The notes under the pieces: model-generated
The model's database searches: none
What the model was told of the DNA's origin: nothing
What the model saw: only the letters and a program-made list of their open reading frames with translations
Origin: Ophelia neglecta
Lineage: Eukaryota
NCBI GenBank assembly: GCA_965285935.1
Contig: OZ260665.1
Span: forward strand, 29,946,001 to 30,010,000
Direction of reading: 5' to 3'
Length of the DNA: 64,000 nt
Translations under genes and position numbers: made by a program
In this document: positions 12,501-24,700 of the stretch, in pieces
How positions within the stretch are numbered: the first letter of the stretch is position 1
How the letters are laid out: each line of letters starts with the position of its first letter

Positions 12501-13549
12501 GCCCTTATGTACACAATTTTAAATAAAATGTATTAATCTGTAAAGATAGCACAGAGTTGCCCAATACATGCTGAAGAAAAAAGCTACTCCAATGTCTTTG
12601 ATGTTATACATAACTGCTAAGTTTGCTAAGGGTTTGGTAGTAATTAACCATCGCAAATTGTGTTATTTTATCTTCTTTGTATTGAATGGTTTGCTTGCCG
12701 ATGGACAATTAATCCTATAATAATAATTTGAGAGTGATTGTGAACTTGTAACTAATCTTTAAACTGCAGTTTGATGAACAACAATAAACATGCTGAGCGT
12801 ATTTTTCATCTGATTAACCGTAGGTTTCTGTTGTCTTATATCATTAATTACAATATTATTATTGGTGGTGAAGCTTCACAAAGCAACTCAAATATTTTAT
12901 TTGGAAATTCCTTCCAGATGATTGTGCTGTGGCAGGATTATTTGAAGGCTTAAAATAAGTGCTGAACTTGTATTTAATCGTGAATATAGTGTCAAATTCA
13001 CTGGTTTAATTCTTGCATTCCGGCTTACATCATCACCACTGATTTGTGACTCTTTCACTTGGTGAAAACACCACAGGCACAGCATTGGTTACATGCTAAA
13101 ATAAGCGTTTTTCAGTACTCTATTGTCAATAACAATCTGACATAAATAGGGAATGTTATGTGATTCAGATTCTTTGTGACAAAACGAACCTGACAGATGA
13201 AAATGTTTTTTATTTTGTTTGAGTTTGCAGAAAAAATTCTGCTTCAGCTCTTAACATAGAAAATATAGTTAATTGGGCAACAAAGTGACCTTTATGCATA
13301 TTGGTGATTGGCTGCGCACAATGCCAGACTGCAAGAATAGCTGTTTTTGAAGCGTTCCTCAGATATTAAATTGTAATATACAAAATTGGGCTCACAATTA
13401 TTGCATTAACAGCTAACACTCTAAACAACAGAACATTGTTATAAATGAGTAAGGTGACGGGAGATTCATGAACACTACAGCAACTAATTTACTTTTAATG
13501 GTGGATTTTTTGGTTAGAAATGACAGTAAGGATGACGAATGCTACTAAC

Positions 13550-14136
13550 CTTGGTGGTGGCAGTGGCTATGTGCTCGTTAGTACCAATTCCCACAGGTTC
13601 GTTAGTCACCTGCACAGTGATGTGATCATTGACTATGAGGGGCCAGGCGCCCTGTACACGACATGTTTGAAACTGGTCTGTAAACGTCCGTAGGTGGGGG
13701 TCACCAAACAGTCCACAGTGGCTATATTTTTTGGGCCTCCCATTTGTGTGTCCTGGATATAAGCACTCCTGAGCTGGTCGGTACGAGGGTCCTAATGGAT
13801 TGTGTGGGGGTCCCCCTATTGGACCCTGAGGTCTTATAAAGGTCTCTCCCGTTTCATTACACTTATAAGCGTTCATCTGTTTTTCTATTCCTCTTTGCGC
13901 ACCGTGAAATGAAAGATCCGATAAGCACTCTCTTTTCTTTGTATTCATACACCTGTGAAAGGTGCGTATGGTAATGCAGATAGTGCGTCTTTCTGCGGCA
14001 GACATATCCACGCCTGGTTCCTGGACAGGGTACTCTACCCTTACACCGTACGAGGTTTGAGCGTCTTCGTACAGATCAAAGCAGTCAACGAAATCGCACT
14101 GGGTGTTCTGCCCGCTGTCTCGTAATCCAAATGCAG
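13550..14136 (-). CDS. RGM: RGM exon: Cys-rich RGM N-terminal domain plus the GDPH autocleavage site and start of the partial vWF-D domain
   Basis: Translation contains HCGLFGDPHLRTFTDQFQTCRVQGAWPLIVNDHITVQVTNEPV...ATATTK, diagnostic of RGM. Acceptor TTTCCATTTTTCAG|CT (phase 1) and donor AAG|GTTAGT (phase 0). Length 587 nt = 2 + 195 codons. Confidence 0.96.
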
Positions 14137-15730
14137 CTGAAAAATGGAAACAAATCAGCAAATGGTTGCATTTTTTTTATGTGGAATGCAAACGCATGTA
14201 CATCCGTCTCATGTGACTGGACCTGGCTCTGAATTTAGGTCAAATTTCTGGCTTAAGGAGTGTGGTCACCAAGTATTCACATGGCTGGATGTTAATAGAT
14301 TTAAACCAGCTCCATTTCAACCAGTGTTAAGGCATGAACATCTAGTTATGATACTAACAAATCAATGACTGCTCTACCAGCAGGGTTGAGTAGAAAAATA
14401 AAATGTCCATGTTAGATCCCCAAGAGTTGATCATGGATAGCTTACAGCAGAGACCGAGAGACATGCAGAAAAAATACTTTAATGGGGTGATAGCTTAGAA
14501 CTCATCATTTGATTCCAGTAATCAATTTGCTGTTTTGATTAATAAAGGAGGATAGTATGGATATCCTATAAAAAATCAGTGGATTATGTGCCATTTCTGT
14601 AGCCTTCCTTTGAAATACTGTTGGGGATCGTACAGGTAGTGGACTGAATTGGGATTCTGAATGATCTAGTTAATGGGTTATACCTGGCCTTTGTATGTAG
14701 ACAAAAAGCGAAGCTAGTGTGCTGTACAGTGACAACATTGGACTGTTAGTTGATCAATGATCAGGAGGCTGGGAATTACAGCCCTGACAATGTCAATACA
14801 TGCACGGTGTTCACACTGGCTGACAAGCTGGGACTGGTCAGGAGGGGGAGCACAGATCTGATAGCAGGCCTCCTCCTGTACCCAGTGTTAACTATATCAC
14901 TGAACATGCTGAATGTGTCAACAGTATCTGGTGAAAACAGTACACATTGCATGTGCTGCCCTTTAGGTCTGGGCGGGCACAAAGCAAGCAGCCAGTGCAG
15001 GAATCTACAGATCCTGCCAGATCTCGGTGAGGTACTGGCCACATTTCGATTACACAAACTACACACTGCTAGTGTCAGAACTGCATGTAGAATGTGTGCT
15101 TTATTGATCAACTGGTTGAGTAGGAACAAGCTAGGACAGCATGCATGGACTGCCGCTAGGGCATGGTAAACACACTGTATGTGTGCCATTTAGTGGGGAA
15201 GAGCTAGGAATAACCAATAGAGACCATCCAAAACACAGTTATTAACTACATAATAAGTGAACAATACACTATTATCTTGGGCTAATCAGCAGGTCACAAG
15301 GTGTTATACATTACACAGATAGTAGCCTCAATGTGTTGAGTATTGACTTGTCCCTGCATTGTTAACAACATTTGTACAATGCTTATTTATGGATCAGGAT
15401 GTGAGAGTGTGATACATTATTTACATAGTTAAGGCTAATATCAAAATGATATTGGTTTTGTCTCAATGTGTGTGTGTCTAGATAAAAGATCACCACACAT
15501 TGAAGTTGTATAAGACTTGTGTAACATTCCATTCCAACAAGATAATAATTCCATAATTTACCTTATTATATATGTACATTACCTCTTTGAATAAGCTGTA
15601 TATGTATAAGTGAACATGATTCACAAGCATTGTATGTATAGGGCTAAAATAACTCACTGAAATTAGGATATTTAATAGTAATCAGGATATTTGGCAGTGT
15701 AGTTAATAAACAGTGAATGAAAACACTCAC

Positions 15731-15827
15731 CAGTTGATGTCAGTAGGGAGACTAGTATGGTGGTTATGAAGACAGCGGCGCGGATGGGCCCGGTGGCTGC
15801 AGGGGTGTCCCAAGGGACCCACCCCAT
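15731..15827 (-). CDS. RGM: RGM first confidently coding exon segment (signal peptide); the exon itself probably starts at the acceptor at 15963
   Basis: ATG at 15827 gives MGWVPWDTPAATGPIRAAVFITTILVSLLTST, which has a hydrophobic core. Donor ACTG|GTGAGT at 15731/15730 is phase 1 and matches the next exon. Acceptor TCTTTTTCTCAG|A at 15964/15963. The GWTGMG context resembles vertebrate RGMa GWMGMG. Confidence 0.8.
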
Positions 15828-16253
15828 TCCCGTCCATCCACCGGCGCCCTGGGCGCGGACTCTCCGTCCTCCCGCGGCTGCCGCTCCAATCTTAGCTCCG
15901 TCCTGTCGGGCAGCCTCGCCTGTCCTCACCTCTCTGCCCAATTCCGCTCCTCGCCGATACGCTCTGAGAAAAAGACCAATGATAACACCTCATCAGAACG
16001 GTACAAAACTCCACTTAATACTGATTCAGTAAGCGTGTTACTCTACACAATCAGTGCTCACATACACACTGAACACACCTGAAATACGCGAGAAGCTGGC
16101 AGATTATTAAGTCGGGAAAATAGCGACACGAAATTCATGTATCCGACAGCTTGTATTCCACCAAGGTCTAGCGCCGCATGGCCGTGGTGTACGAGTGGTG
16201 GTAGAGAGATTCAATCTGGTTGTGCGTCTGTTACCGTGCACCTATCTGGGTCA

Positions 16254-16307
16254 AGGGGCGGGGCTTAAGGTTCGGAAGTGGTGATTGGCAAGTCCCCCCC
16301 CCCCCCC
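16254..16307 (-). promoter_or_regulatory. Probable RGM proximal promoter (GC box, ETS site, CCAAT box, G14 tract)
   Basis: GGGGCGGGGC at about 16255-16264, CGGAAGT at 16273-16279, ATTGG (CCAAT on minus) at 16284-16288 and C14 at 16294-16307. All lie within about 55 bp at the start of the CpG-rich domain, about 300 bp 5' of the RGM acceptor at 15963. Confidence 0.6.
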
Positions 16308-18678
16308 GGCGTGGAGTGAATACACATTGCAATCCAGGCAGCGAACTGTCAAATCGTATCACAGATAAATACACAGAGCTGCCTTAGCATTAGACAACAA
16401 CTCGATAGTACTTTACTAAAAGCAATGGCTACACTATGAAATATCAGCAGGCAATGAGGACGGTAACGGTACGGCAATATAGATCTAGGCCGACAAATGA
16501 TGACAGTCCGGGAAAAGCGCATCATTACATCGGGCTTACGTTCAAACGCCGCTTCTTTAATTAGATTTTAATTGTCCTTCAATATTTTTTCACACGAGAG
16601 GCTGTCAAATAAACAACAGTCTGTCCCTCATAGTGTTCAATTTAGATTGTACTTTTCATATAGTGTTACAATGTACTTTTATATATAGGACTCGTCTCCA
16701 ACACTCTGTCCCCATGTTGCTAAATTTGCCAAACTGTCAGATGGAATAAAGAAAACCCGACGATTTATGTTAAAGACATTTGCTGCACACCTATCATGCA
16801 CGGTCGACTGCATTTCAAATGTCTTCCCTCGTTTCTGTTAGGGTCTTCTGCGCATAGCTGAATGGCAACAAGACGGTGGCGGGTAGAAAAGAAATAAAAT
16901 ACAAACGAGAAACTAATAGGTTGCCACAAAGTTCGGCGGCAAGTGAAACGCTCTGTCGCTTTTCTAGAATGTCATTTTCAACGAAAACAGAGGCTACACT
17001 GTGTGTAGTGGTACATTTCCATTGTTTTGTCTGGTCTAATCTCGTAATGTTCATCATATTATTGAACATCTACACCATGGTAATATGTGTCCGTCTGTCC
17101 GCAATTAACAAAATTCCCCGGCCCGTATGAATTTTAACAAAGACAGCTGTACAAAAATCTTTAGCACATCACATATTATAAAGCTTGAAAAAGACATAAA
17201 ACGAGCATTGCTTGACATCCCGTGCACAATAGTTGACATCTAAAGTATGTCAAAGATTATTGAAAACATGTTTCTATTTACGAGGTACTAATGTAGGAGT
17301 GAAATAAAATAGTGAGAACAAGCAAAGGTGAATGTTTGCTCTTCGCAGCATACGTGGTGTAAAATGTGTTAGTTCAATAAAGGCTGGGACTCCAACTGGA
17401 ATAAACAGGCCGAGAAGAGTCGTAAAATAACTAGGAAACTACGAGAATGGTCAGGGTATTCACACCCGGCAAAACAGTAAACACACTTCCAAGTGTTATA
17501 TATTTTTTTGGAGAGCCCTGGTCTACCGCTAATCCCAATACTATTTGAGCATTAAATGAGTTTGACGGAATTGTACGTTGTTACACGTACTACGGAGACA
17601 AGTAAGACGCAAAACTGTTTGATATTAAAGTTGTGCCTGATAGTTCATTGAGCCACTGTACTTGCTCCATGATTTGCCAGTTGACAAGATTATCTTGCTG
17701 ATAGGTTATAAGATGGGTTCCTTGCTTAGACTTACGTCACCTAGGTAAGGGGATGGGGGAGGAGGAGGGGGGACAATTCAAATAGAAGTCCTGCGGCCCT
17801 ATCAACAATAGTCACAATGGATACACACCATCGTCTTAGGGCGCGCAATGGGGCACCATACGTTTATTGTCCCGTCCAGATTTTAATTATCTAAGGTGTG
17901 CGAGTTTTGGACACCTACCGGGATAGGAAATAGAAGGCAACAGTTTAAATCTAGCCCAGCCATTTAAAATTCACTGTTATTAGACGGCGAGTTTGACCTG
18001 TTTCGTTTGAGGTCGTCCCATACAGGTTTTTCATGCCGTGACTGAATGTGACAAGTAATATGCCGTTTGAAAATACACAAATGCTACCCCCAGAGCGGGA
18101 TTGGCTCCCTGTCAAGAGCCTCACATGGTGTGACCGAGACACTGTATGTAAGCACGACTCTATAAAAATCAGAAAGCCAGATTAAATTTATTTAGCTCCA
18201 TAATATAATACCAACTATAAAAACATGTTTAAAAGAATAATATGATGCTTTCAAATTGTCGGCTATTTTAGCTGTCGCTTAAATGATCACAGTTGAATCT
18301 GTTTTACAGGGGCACATGTTTTAGGCCGTGTTGAATATTATATTCAAATAAAAGACAAACGCATTTCACTTGTGGAGGACCAAAGAATCATGTACACAAT
18401 CTTCAGGGTTGAAAGTGGTGCAAATGAACAAGTGAGGTCTTCAAGTAAATACAGTGCTGCTGAACAAATATCCCAAACTTGGTAAACATTAAATTCAAAC
18501 AGTGAAGGGTGGCCACAAAGACACTAAAGAAAGCTACAGAAGAAGGGGTCTTGAAATTGAAGTACAGCAAGAGAAGCCATCATGGCACATCACTGCCAGA
18601 CCTCTAGCCGAAAGGAGCAAACATGGCCCACATTACAGCTTAAAGATAAACATAGATAGTTTGAAATATTCGTCGGTT

Positions 18679-18706
18679 CACTGGCAATAGGACACTGGCA
18701 ATAGGA
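18679..18706 (+). repeat. Perfect 14-bp tandem duplication
   Basis: CACTGGCAATAGGA occurs twice in tandem. Confidence 0.9.
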
Positions 18707-21700
18707 CGGTTCAACGAGAAGTACCTTTCAGGTGTAAAGTCCTTGGTCTGAGGAAATTACATAAGTACACAAACACACGATGAAAGATTACACAATCTCA
18801 TACGGAGGCACCTTCCCCGCAGATAAAGTCCTGATAACTGTCTAAATCAACTTCACTACCTTTTGATTACAATCACATCTAACATATAGTTTGTATGTAT
18901 AAAAACTTAAGATAAAGATTACCGCATATCAGAGACCTGTACATATCCTACATATAATTCGCAGTGCATATATGTATTAAGTTTGATAATGGGTATAAAT
19001 ACACAATTAACTATATCTGCGTTATCTCTCGTTAACGGCTATGTATTACGCAAACTAAAGGACAATAGCTCCGCCCCCTGCCTCCCTCCCCTAGCTGACA
19101 CTGAGTTTGTTTGTCTATTCACTCGCTGTTTCTCTATTTACAGTATGTAGATTATATACTTTATCTTGCGATGTATCTCCTATTGAAAGACCCTATACAT
19201 GGCTAGACCTTGTATGGTAGAAACAACCCCATGCACTTGAAATCCCCGGAAACCCTCCGAATGGGACCTAGATTTACACAGCTATACAGATCGTCATACT
19301 TGTGCCTGTGGATTGCTGTTAATTAATTTCAGACGCAACCTCTACTGGTATAAACTTAATCAAAACGATTTTCAACACTACAACACCGCAGTCGTTACCT
19401 TTTGTGCCTGGACAAGTGTGAATATTACTTCACACGCCGATTGAAGTGCGGGGGTATTGTCGGCTAGTGTCAATCAAGCGAGTTCGATCTGCCTCGAGTC
19501 CTGAGTCTTGTGGGAGAGTAGACAAGTTTACCCAATTCATTCACAATGAGTGCTCGATACGGCGTTTGAAAGTTTCCGTCAATGGCGGTATTTATTTAGG
19601 CCGATTACAGAGTCATGTGTGGCAGGAATAGGGTGACTACCAATCGATAAGATGGCAGGAGATAAAAACTACAAATTTGTGCATATTCAAAGGCGTTCAA
19701 GCCCAACATGAGCGCAGCCCATATTGACAAACGACCAAGAAATGCACGCGAAGCCATCCAACTGTCACGTAGAGAAAACAGCAGAGAAAATTGAGCGCCG
19801 ATATCACCCCTCGGGCTATGTCGACGTACAACATTAAAACACAATGAAGAAAAAAGTGAACGTTAGGCGAACGCAACGAACCAAAGGTCGTATTTTGAAA
19901 GAAGTATAGAGACCACAGTGTGACAAAATTTGTACGTAGCGGACTTGAAGGACATTGGTGGCGAGAGAGTGGTAATTTACAACTGATGACTGGGTTGTGT
20001 TTTGTGCTGCAGGTCGTGATACCAACAGTATCAAGTGAAGTTCTTCAAAAAAGCTACCAAGCTTAGGTTCCAAAATCAAACCAAAACGCTCATTTATTTA
20101 AAACGCCATATAGGCCTATAAAATGCTTTCTTGGGCTCATTAAAAACATTTCTTATATGCCAGTACACACGTTGATTGTCACATGCCTTTCGGATCTGTG
20201 TAATACAACGTAAAATAAAGTTCTAATGAAAAGTTAAATTTCAAGAGAGGCGCTTTAAATAGCGTTGATTAAAGTTTATGAGCAGGTAAAACGTACGAGA
20301 AGCAAGGTCTAGTATCCAAATATTCATATAACAGTTACACCTTAGCTGACAACGCAATAGGCCTATAACTTTTACAAATTGAAATCCCAATACAGATATT
20401 ATTTTGACCTGACAAATCTGGCCCTAATTTCCTGATACGCGCAGACAGAGGTAACACATTCTAGTACAAGCTCAGCCTGCTCGACATGGGTCCCCAGCTT
20501 GTCCCAAAACAGACGACTCCGTCGGCTAATATAGGCCTACTGCAAACTCAACTATAGAGTTTATTGGCATAAAGGCATAGAGCTACTATAATATATAGGA
20601 TCATAGACTGATATGAAATGTAGGCATCATGACTCAAACGTTGATTTCGTCATGTAAAAATTGCCAAATAATTTGAGGTAATTATGTTCACCAAATTATA
20701 ACGGTTTTAAATTAGAAACTGAACTTTAAAGAAGATTGTGCAATTGTGTCGGCTAACAATAGAACCAAGGTCTACCATGCTCGGGTTAATATTTGAAAGG
20801 TGCTGTTGTAGAGAGGAGACGACTGTCATTTTGCAGAAATCGATATGGGCATAATATGGTAATTTGAGACCGTAGTCAGGCAGCTTGTCCTATGCATTGG
20901 CACTCCAGAGAAGCAAGCCAACATGGCGAGGGACGATGAGGAAATGATGTTTCCCGGGCCAGTGAGCTACGGACGATAACATCAGCAGATAGGGGAGTGA
21001 GGGAGAGACTGTCGACCTAATCAGTGCCGACCTACACCCCAATCCACCAGCAATATCTCCAATCTGCGTTCAACAACTCGACAACCTCACACACCCGGAT
21101 AGCTGTCTGATATCCACCCTCCAAAAGCGCGATGACACAGAACTCGAGAGCGATTACCAAGCCAAAGTTTCGTTTCTTACCAATGGTAAAAAAGGGTCGC
21201 CTTTTTCGGTGTGCATCAACAGCGACTGCCATCAGAAAAAAGCAATTTAATTCTGAGACAATTTTGTATTGAAGTCTCGTAGAATTGTGCCTTCTATTCG
21301 TTCCAGGTGCTTGTAGTTTTAACCACATTTTATTGTGCCCTATCCCAACTCTACAGTCTTTATCGGTGTGGGGTCCAGATGAAGAATCCAGCTACAATTG
21401 ATAGATCTGTATGAACAGCGTCTTCTTAATCTACAAAGCAAACTGATTCGGTTTCTGTAATGGAACAACCCAGGAATGTAACTACTCTATCGGTGTTTCC
21501 CTGCCCCAATCAATCGCGAACACCAACATGTGTGGTGATCTTGTTCTACCAACTGATAAAAGTGCAATTCGCCGTCAAGATACGATGTAGTGTAATTTAC
21601 AACGACGCATAGGCCTATACCTCCATATAATAGCATCAATATAGCTGATAAGATATGTTTCCGATAGCAGGTGAACATTAATATTGGATACAAATCACGA

Positions 21701-24700
21701 TTCAGGAAAAAGTGAATCTTGTACACGATAGCTGTAAGCGGTAACATCGCCTGTAACGTATACTAAGGGTGAAATGTGCTCTTCCACGATATTGTCTGGC
21801 AAGCATGTTGACTGAAACCCAAGGAAACCCAACACTGACGAACGATCGTCTTGTTAGATCTAAAAGGGAGACTCCTTCTGATGTGTAGGTGCTGGGTTGT
21901 TCAGAGGCATATCAGTCAGCATACATTTACAAAATAACAAAAGATAGCTTTTGTTCTCACACTACCCTAAAATGTGGGAGTAAAGTTACAAGCGAGAATA
22001 ATGAACGTTTGGAAATTAACTTACATAAAAAAAAGACAAGCAAGCTTTACGCAGCACCTGTATGTTTTATCAGTTTTTTTTTACATTTTCAGAATAAACT
22101 TTGTTTCATATATCGGTCAACTTTACATTTCATTTCCAAAACGGGCCGTTTCCTACCTCTCATCAATGCAGGCCAGATCGCAGCGATAATCCACTGGTAG
22201 TTATCCAGTGATAATCTATCCGCGTCAGCGATAATCCACAGACTTGATCCGGGACCATAAATACAGAGTATCCCTCGAGTGGTGATCAGGGCAATGTCAT
22301 ATATCCGAAAGTACTCCGGGTAAAAAGCATCCGAGTTTTGGCCGATCTAAGGTCTAGAGGATTTCAATCTGAACGTACTAAGAGAGTAATGTGAAGCTGG
22401 CATGCTGTGCAGTACGCTGGAATTCCACACAAAGACACCCAAGGACGTGCGCTGACGTGCCTGTATGCTACAACACGCACACAATGGCTCAGCAATGCCA
22501 AGTCTTTCCTGGCTTTTGTGGCCGCCGTAATGCTGCAGCATGCAAGAGAACAACAGTACTCCGCACCAGACCAATATAATCAGCACTGTGCCTGAAGGCG
22601 ATCACTCTACAGTAATTTATATTAATGGCTCAGCGCGCAGGCAGGAAACTGACTCGATGGATAGGAGATATTTGCATGGTAGGAAGGCCACGGAAAGAAT
22701 GGGGGGAGACGGGGATGTTAGAAGTGGAAACCACCAAACACTGGCAAGGTTGGAAAAAGCAGCCAAGCGTTATCTAAAAGTGCAGATAGTATGGTACCCT
22801 AATCAGATGAAATACCAATTTCTTTAATAATCCAACTGTAAAACTTCACCTTGCATCCCTCCCAACTCACATTCATTGCCTGGTGTCATTTATTCCTCTG
22901 AGAATAGATAAGGGCCTCCGAGCACGGTGCTTGTATACTTTCTGCTTATAGGAAATATATCCAAAATCGCTCTTTTGTGGTCGCACTTTAGGCGTTTTTA
23001 TATACAGTTCTATAAACTGTGCCGGCGTGTCTTACACCTACAGGAAGTTACACCACATGCATTAACATACCCTGTTATATGCGAGCGATTGATTAAAGGA
23101 GAATAAACACAATTGTTGGTGTTTTTTTTATCTAAAAACTAAAATGACCGTAGATATCAGATTAAGGTATTATCGCATATGATGCCCGACATGTATTTTA
23201 TCCATCATAAGAAAATACAAAACAAAAAAGTTCTGTGCAATTCTAAATATTGCCATATCAGCAGCGTTCGTAGATTTCCGTTAGGAGCTATTACCCATAA
23301 CCTGGTAAGTGATTACTCGATACTACGTTTTGTCCGATGTGAGTGGTAATCGTACTTTCTAAGAAGCATTTTGTTATTGTTTTTCATATTGGTAACACTT
23401 GTTTACAGTCTAAATGTTGTTGGGGAACGCATTAAACAGATTATTGCATATTGTATATACATATATATTTAAAAATTACATTTGATTATTTGTTCAAAAA
23501 TTATGATACACTTACAAGTGTATATAACTGTAGCACGATAGTACGCCTAACATATAATATGCAAATACGCACACCATAAGCAACGTACGGTAAAACGTAC
23601 TTCACAACGGTGCTCGCTCAGTGGGGGGCTGTGGTGAACGGTTAGTAACTTTGTTTTTTGGTGGTTTTTGTAGAGATATCTGTCTGTTTCGGTTTGGTTG
23701 GTTTTGTTTGGTTCAGTAAGCATTGTTTATTTTCGAAAGGTGGTTTTGATAATACATGCGGAATAATAACCCATTGTCTGACATCTGGCAATAAACGGTA
23801 CCTCACATCTGTTATTGATCTTATTATTGCAAGTCACCGTCTCTTAGCGCATTTTTACTTTAATTGATTTATATAAAACAAAAAGCGATTGACAATTAAA
23901 GCTTTCGTTCAGAGTTAACCTAATGGTATATTCCTCAACTTCCTCGGGTAAATCAATATTCACTTGCTTATGATGGAGTGAAAAGGCAAAACAAATAAAA
24001 CACAATTGGCTGGACTTTGGGAACACGGTCTCTTCAGGCACCGTGCTCAGTTTCAGGGAATGGCGACTGACACTAAATAATACCTAGTTATAAAGGTTAA
24101 AGTAACCGTCTGTATAAGGACACAATTAAGTGTCGATATTCTGAACTATACAAGTAAAACGGTTCTCTAAGTATCGAGCCGCGCTGCCTAATCATTTGAA
24201 AAAATGGTGAAACACGCAAAGGATTAAGATGTGGTCCTTTATAGTAAAAACTGCAATGTGCCAAGCCACAGAAGCTATAAAACCATACTGTATCAATATG
24301 CAGTATGCCTATATGTTGCTCGTGATTATCTTGTTTCTACAAACCGCCGACACGATCGTCACTCTTAAGTAACGTGACGGTCTTCTCCGTGTCTCCTATT
24401 TCATTCTCCCTAAAACAAGTATAGGCTACCCTTCCTCCAAGTTCCCCACATCCCCCGATGAATAACCTGACCGTCTGGTGGACCATGGCGGTGAGACTGG
24501 TAAAGTGATCCGCACGCAGGCGGCCAACACGGCCGTCGTACACTGACAAGGCCCAGGCCCCGCCGCGATCCAGCCTCGACAAATTGTCCAACAGTATTGC
24601 ACCTCATGCTCCACAGCTCATAGATCAGCTTTCATACAACAAGAACACCATCATAGGACTTAACTGCGCCGACAACCAACATAGCAAGGCTGTATCACGC

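Noticed and set aside
14750-15189. Overlapping 139-aa and 137-aa ORFs on opposite strands in an RGM intron
   Set aside because: No recognisable domain or splice-compatible boundaries. The region shows faint internal repeats (ACAAGCT.GGAC) and CpG loss, consistent with a decayed repeat.
19460-19500. GAGTTCGATCT B-box-like motif suggesting a tRNA or SINE
   Set aside because: No cloverleaf, convincing A box or SINE tail.
20920-21760. CAACATGGCG start context followed by coding-like CpG-rich sequence
   Set aside because: All frames are interrupted by multiple stops and no protein motif was recognised.
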